From an uncultured Bacillota bacterium (lineage in GTDB: Bacteria > Sysuimicrobiota > Sysuimicrobiia > Sysuimicrobiales > Segetimicrobiaceae): 64,000 bases of DNA. The translations under genes were made by a program, and so were the position numbers. Where the stretch lies: NCBI GenBank assembly GCA_963804645.1, contig CAWDRG010000002.1, forward strand, positions 128,001-192,000, given 5' to 3'. This document shows, one piece after another, positions 59,780 through 64,000 of the stretch (positions are counted from its first letter, which is position 1; every line of letters starts with the position of its first letter). The notes below the pieces were generated by a model. The model searched no databases and was not told where the DNA came from. It was given only the letters and a program-made list of their open reading frames with translations.

Positions 59780-60913
59780 TCAGGACAGGAGCGGCTGCGG
59801 CGCACCGACCTCGCTGGTGTCGTACCCGCCCGCCGCCTCGAGATCACGCCGGACGGCCTGGCGCTGCACCGTGTCCAAGAAGGCCTCGATCGGCGGGTAT
59901 CCGACGAGCGCCCGCGGGATCACGAGGTCGTAGTGCTCGCGCTGCAGCGGCACGAACGCGAGGTCGTGCGCCCGTGCGGCCGCCCCGATCCCGATGCCCG
60001 CGTCGACGAACCCGAGCGCCACCGCCTGCGCCACGTCCAGGTGGGTGGAGGCCTCGCGCTCGTAGCCGCGCACGTCCGCCGGGGACACGCCGCAGCGGGC
60101 GAGCTCCGCGTCAAGGAGCGCGCGGGCCCCGCTGCCCCGCTCCCGGTTCACGATGCGCACGCCGCGCCGTGCGAGGTCCGCGACCTCGTGGATGCCCCGC
60201 GGATTGCGCGGTGCCACGATGAGACCCTGCTCCCACGTGACGAACCGAACGGCGACCGCGTCGCTGCCCCGCAGCGCGCGGCGGACTCCCGCCATGCCCT
60301 CCGGCCCCATCCGGTCGCCGCGCAGGTGCATCCCGGCTATGTGCGCCGCACCGCTGCGCAGCCATCGGAGTGCCTGCAGGCTCCCGGCCGGAAGCCACCG
60401 CAACCCGAACGCGGGATACGCGCGCCGCAGGTGCCCGGCCACGACGGGGATGGTCGGGTCGCACCCCGCGATGACCAGCGTCTGACCGGCGCGGTCGTTC
60501 GGCGCCGTCAGCGTGACCCGGACGGCCGAGCCGCGCCGGCCGGCGACGATCCCGTCCGCTTCGGGCAGGCCCGCCGTGGCCCCGAGCGGCCCCACGAGCG
60601 GCACCGCGATCGACCGGCTGCCGATCGTCGAGAGCTGCACGCGTGTCCCGTCGGCGACCTCCCCGGCCTCGCCGGCGAGGGTCGCGGTCACCTCCACATC
60701 CGGCTCCGGGACCTGAAACAGGTCCTCCACGCGGCACGAAAGGACGGCCGCCAGCCGCAGCGCTAGAACCGTGGCGGGCGCCGTCCGTCCGGCCTCGATC
60801 GCGTTCACGGTTTGCCGTGAGGCCGCGATCCGCAGCGCGAGCGTCTGCTGTGACCATCCCCGCCGTTCCCGCCACTCCCGCACGCGATTCGTGAGCGGAC
60901 ACCGTTGCCTCAC
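59780..60913 (-). CDS. XRE-HTH + periplasmic-binding-fold (molybdate-sensing) transcriptional regulator
   Basis: SQ..LA..I..SRQTVNAIE.G; AGCDP, GS..AL, NRE.GSG.R, E.YDLV. Confidence 0.85.
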   Translation of the reverse strand: MRQRCPLTNRVREWRERRGWSQQTLALRIAASRQTVNAIEAGRTAPATVLALRLAAVLSCRVEDLFQVPEPDVEVTATLAGEAGEVADGTRVQLSTIGSRSIAVPLVGPLGATAGLPEADGIVAGRRGSAVRVTLTAPNDRAGQTLVIAGCDPTIPVVAGHLRRAYPAFGLRWLPAGSLQALRWLRSGAAHIAGMHLRGDRMGPEGMAGVRRALRGSDAVAVRFVTWEQGLIVAPRNPRGIHEVADLARRGVRIVNRERGSGARALLDAELARCGVSPADVRGYEREASTHLDVAQAVALGFVDAGIGIGAAARAHDLAFVPLQREHYDLVIPRALVGYPPIEAFLDTVQRQAVRRDLEAAGGYDTSEVGAPQPLLS

Positions 60914-60952
60914 CGGCAGAACCCCCAGGGCGAGCGTACGTGATACGTGCTG

Positions 60953-61528
60953 TTACGTGCCCGCCGTGCGCATTTCGATGCGGACGATGTTATCGACATA
61001 CCGGCCCCCGCGCTTGTCCTGGGGCACGACGAGCCGGGCCATGCCTTCGTCCGCTCCCAGCGGGGCGGCGTCAGTTTGATATGCCACAAGGATCTGTTGA
61101 TGTCCGTAGTCCGGCAGGATCTCCGCCAGGGCGATCACCGCCTGATACCCGTCGCTCCCGGTGACCACGACGTACTTGCTGAGGATGTCGTTCTTCCGGC
61201 GTGTGTTGGTCTGCACTCCGGCCGCGTTGAGGAGCGTCCACAACAAGACCCCGGTGTACGTGGCGTGCATTGACGCCTTTCCGGCGAGAAAGGTCACGTG
61301 CACCGTCGAGGGAGGGTACCGCTGCAAGTCGGGACGGGTCAGATGTGCCGGGTGATCGACGAGACCACGCACATCGAACCCCGGGGCGTAGCCTCCCGAT
61401 TGGGCTCCTGCGAGGGGCGTGCCTCCGGTCCCGACCGCGCCCAGGAGCAGCGAGGCGCAGATGATCGCGAGCTGCCGAAGCCGACGCGAACGTGCATGGT
61501 GACGGACGGAGTGCGCGACGGTGGTCAC
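60953..61528 (-). CDS. Secreted molybdopterin-oxidoreductase-like (sulfite oxidase fold) single-domain protein
   Basis: V.G.V..P..LT..DL, YTGV.L..LL, G.DGY, RLVVP....GGRYV..I..IE. Confidence 0.75.
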   Translation of the reverse strand: MTTVAHSVRHHARSRRLRQLAIICASLLLGAVGTGGTPLAGAQSGGYAPGFDVRGLVDHPAHLTRPDLQRYPPSTVHVTFLAGKASMHATYTGVLLWTLLNAAGVQTNTRRKNDILSKYVVVTGSDGYQAVIALAEILPDYGHQQILVAYQTDAAPLGADEGMARLVVPQDKRGGRYVDNIVRIEMRTAGT

Positions 61529-61542
61529 GAGGTCCCCGCCGC

Positions 61543-61749
61543 TCAGGGCCGGCCGACCATGACTTCGGTCGCCTTGATGACCGCGACCACGTTATCTCCG
61601 ACCTGAATGTTCAGCCGCTGGACGGACTCCTTGGTGACCGCGGCGACGAGTTCCTGATCGCCCACCGTCATCCGCACCTCGGCCATGATGTTGCCGAGTG
61701 ACACGCCCGTGACCTTGGCGCGAAGCTGATTGCGTGCGCTGAGTTGCAT
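61543..61749 (-). CDS. TOBE-domain molbindin (Mop-like)
   Basis: MQLSARNQL.AKV..V..G...AEV......T..SV.RL....GD.V.AVIKA.EV. Confidence 0.92.
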   Translation of the reverse strand: MQLSARNQLRAKVTGVSLGNIMAEVRMTVGDQELVAAVTKESVQRLNIQVGDNVVAVIKATEVMVGRP

Positions 61750-61811
61750 CGTGTGCCCCCCGATCTCGTATCGTCTGTGAGCGAGCCGCGCCCACCGTAT
61801 AGCAACACTAT

Positions 61812-61825
61812 TTGTCAAATGACAA
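61812..61825. promoter_or_regulatory. Palindromic operator in the molybdate operon promoter
   Basis: TTGTCA-AA-TGACAA overlapping a minus-strand TTGTCA-18 bp-TATACG (extended TG) promoter. Confidence 0.6.
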
Positions 61826-62064
61826 GATTCCTTTCCTCCACGCGAAATCCCTCCTGACGCCGCGAGTTCGGCGAACCCCCTCACGTGTCCGGGAGGTCCC
61901 TCGGCATCCCGGCCAAGCAGGACGAACCTGTGGGCGCCGCGTAGTGTAGGCGCAGATCCGCACGATGGGCTCGAGCCGGGGCCGCGACGCCTCCCACAGA
62001 TCGGATGGGAGGCGTTGTGTGTTTCCCGACCGCCGGGTCGAGCCGGCAGGGAGGCCGTGCCGAC

Positions 62065-63615
62065 ATGGACACGCATCACCCCACCTCGGAAGATGAGATG
62101 CGCCGCTCGGGCGGCGCCCCCGCCGACCGGCTCGAGTTTTCGCCCGGGACGCGCGCCCGGTGGGAGTGGTCGGCCGAGGAGATCCGCCGCGTCGGGCACC
62201 GGGTCGTGGACCTGATCGCCGAGTACCTCACCACGCTCCCGGACCGCCCGGTGTTCCGCCCGTACCCGCGGGCGGAGGCCGACGCGATGCTCGAGGCGCC
62301 GATGCCGACCGGCGGCGCCGATTCGACCGCGATCCTCGATGAGTTTGCCGCCGCGATCGCCCCCTATCCGTTTGGCAACGGGCATCCGCGGTTTTACGGA
62401 TGGGTGAACTCACCGCCCACGGTGATCGGCGTGTTCGCCGAGGCGCTGGCCGCGGCGATGAACCCGAGCTGCGCCGGCGGCAATCACGCCGCCGTGTACG
62501 TCGAGCACCAGGTGCTGCGCTGGATCGCGGCGATGCTCGGATTCCCGGCAGGCTGCGGCGGGCTCCTCGTGAGCGGGACCTCCATGGCGACCGTGACGGC
62601 GCTCGCGGTCGCGCGGCACGCGGCGACCGGCGGGACCGTGCGGGCGCGCGGACTGCAGGGGACGGACGCGCCGCTTGTCGTGTACACGAGCCGCGAAGGC
62701 CACGGCTGCGTCCAGAAGGCGGTCGAGCTCCTCGGGATCGGCTCCGACCACCTACGCACGATCGCGTGCGACGGCGCGTTCCGGCTTGACGTCCCCGACC
62801 TTGAGCGCGCGATTGCGCGCGACCGCGCCGCGGGGCTGCGGCCGATGGCCGTGGCCGCGAGCGCGGGGACCGTGAACACCGGCGCGATCGACCCGCTCGC
62901 CGAGATCGCCGCGGTGTGCCGCCGCTGCGGGCTCTGGCTGCACGTCGACGGCGCGTACGGCGCTCCCGCGATCCTCACCGCCGGGTACCGCGACCCCCTC
63001 GAGGCGATCGGGCTCGCCGACAGCGTCGCGGTCGATCCCCACAAGTGGCTGTACGTGCCCGTGGAGGCCGGGGTCGTGCTCGTGCGAGACGCGGCCGCGA
63101 TGCGCGACGCGTTCAGCCTGGTCCCGCCCTACCTCCGCACCGACGGCCTCGCAGCGGGCGTCGGCGGGCCGCCGTGGTTCAGCGAGTTCGGAGTGCAGCA
63201 GACGCGCGGGTTCCGCGCCCTCAAGATCTGGATGGCGCTCAAGCATCACGGCCGGGCGGGCTATGCGGAGGCGATCACGCGGGACACGGCGTTGGCGCGC
63301 TACCTGGCGTCGCGCGTCGAGGCGGCGGACGATCTGGAGCTCGCGGCGCCGCAGAGCCTGAGTATTGTCTGTTTTCGGTATGCGCCGCCGGCCCTGCGGG
63401 ATAATCCCGAGCGGGTCGACGCCGTCAACCGTGCGGTGCTGGAAACGCTCCAACTCGGCGGCCGCGCGTTTCTGTCGAGCACGACCCTGCACGGACGGTT
63501 TGTGCTGCGCGCCTGCATCGTCAACCCCCGCGCCTCCCGCGCGGACCTCGACCTTCTGGTGGACATGGTCCGAACGATCGGGCGGCGAGTCCTCGACCCC
63601 GATGGCACACCATAA
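62065..63615 (+). CDS. Group II PLP-dependent decarboxylase (aromatic-L-amino-acid decarboxylase-like)
   Basis: HPRFYGW, SGTSMA, AGTVNTGAIDPL, WLHVDGAYG, DPHKWL, RGFRALK.W. Confidence 0.92.
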   Translation: MDTHHPTSEDEMRRSGGAPADRLEFSPGTRARWEWSAEEIRRVGHRVVDLIAEYLTTLPDRPVFRPYPRAEADAMLEAPMPTGGADSTAILDEFAAAIAPYPFGNGHPRFYGWVNSPPTVIGVFAEALAAAMNPSCAGGNHAAVYVEHQVLRWIAAMLGFPAGCGGLLVSGTSMATVTALAVARHAATGGTVRARGLQGTDAPLVVYTSREGHGCVQKAVELLGIGSDHLRTIACDGAFRLDVPDLERAIARDRAAGLRPMAVAASAGTVNTGAIDPLAEIAAVCRRCGLWLHVDGAYGAPAILTAGYRDPLEAIGLADSVAVDPHKWLYVPVEAGVVLVRDAAAMRDAFSLVPPYLRTDGLAAGVGGPPWFSEFGVQQTRGFRALKIWMALKHHGRAGYAEAITRDTALARYLASRVEAADDLELAAPQSLSIVCFRYAPPALRDNPERVDAVNRAVLETLQLGGRAFLSSTTLHGRFVLRACIVNPRASRADLDLLVDMVRTIGRRVLDPDGTP

Positions 63616-63639
63616 CGTCGGCGCTCCCGGGCCCGACCG

Positions 63640-63975
63640 CTAGTGCGAGCCCTGGATCTCCGTCGTCATGATGACCTGGGCGTATGGATTCCAGGTCGCC
63701 ATCGTGTAAAACGAATAGCCGAGATCGGCGGCCACCAACCCGTATCGCGTCGCCGTTTGGTTGACGGTCGGCTTCGGAGGACGGAACGATCGATCCATCT
63801 CGCCGGTCACTTGGCAGATCTTCCGCGTGGAGCCGGCGACATACGTGATGCCGCCGGCCGGCGGCGCGGGGGCGGCGCTTGCGCCGTTCGCCGGTACCCC
63901 GCCTGACGGCACCAGGGCGCTGACGGCGAACAACGAGACCGCGACCGCAGTTGTGAGTGGTGTTTTCATGGGCAT
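63640..63975 (-). pseudogene. Secreted DUF4185-like protein with apparent large in-frame internal deletion
   Basis: Signal peptide, KICQVTG, T..RYGL...DLGYSF joined directly to YTMATWNPY.QVIMTTEI. Confidence 0.5.
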
Positions 63976-64000
63976 CCCTCCCGAGACCGGATCCACACAT

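Noticed and set aside
61750..62060. Moco riboswitch or ModE box upstream of mop
   Set aside because: No recognisable consensus; the predicted leader is too short
1..64000. CRISPR array, cas genes, rRNA or tRNA
   Set aside because: No regularly spaced direct repeats or recognisable RNA-gene motifs seen by eye; a covariance search could still find short RNAs

Overview
Very GC-rich bacterial chromosomal window. The gene order recG-rsmD-coaD-yceD-rpmF-plsX-fabD-fabG-acpP-fabF-rnc and a Bacillus-type thiamine salvage operon suggest a Terrabacteria-type lineage (inference only). Left to right: a partial dipeptidase and a GT39/ArnT-like glycosyltransferase; an ICMT-family gene split by an intact ISL3 element (8-bp TSD); a peptide-type ABC operon with a MetX-like hydrolase behind a long leader containing a putative Cys-x-Cys leader peptide; the fatty-acid/L32/RNase III/recG cluster; rpmB; and a TPP-riboswitch-controlled thiZXY-ylmB-tenA-tenI-thiOSGE-thiL-thiD(-hslO) operon. 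A 7.3-kb stack of insertion sequences (31835-39120) sits in a single GC stem-loop target next to the thi promoter. It holds two DUF6788-like+DDE elements and an IS256 element that itself carries an IS1380 element with a passenger pseudopilin-like gene. After it come a STAND-type nucleotide cyclase flanked by two stand-alone cNMP-binding proteins, an ABC-2 exporter, a sugar dehydrogenase/aminotransferase pair, a DRG-like GTPase, a LIV-type ABC importer, a molybdate/tungstate uptake operon, a PLP decarboxylase and an internally deleted DUF4185-like gene. No rRNA, tRNA or CRISPR array was recognised. All family assignments come from motif recognition by eye, not database searches.
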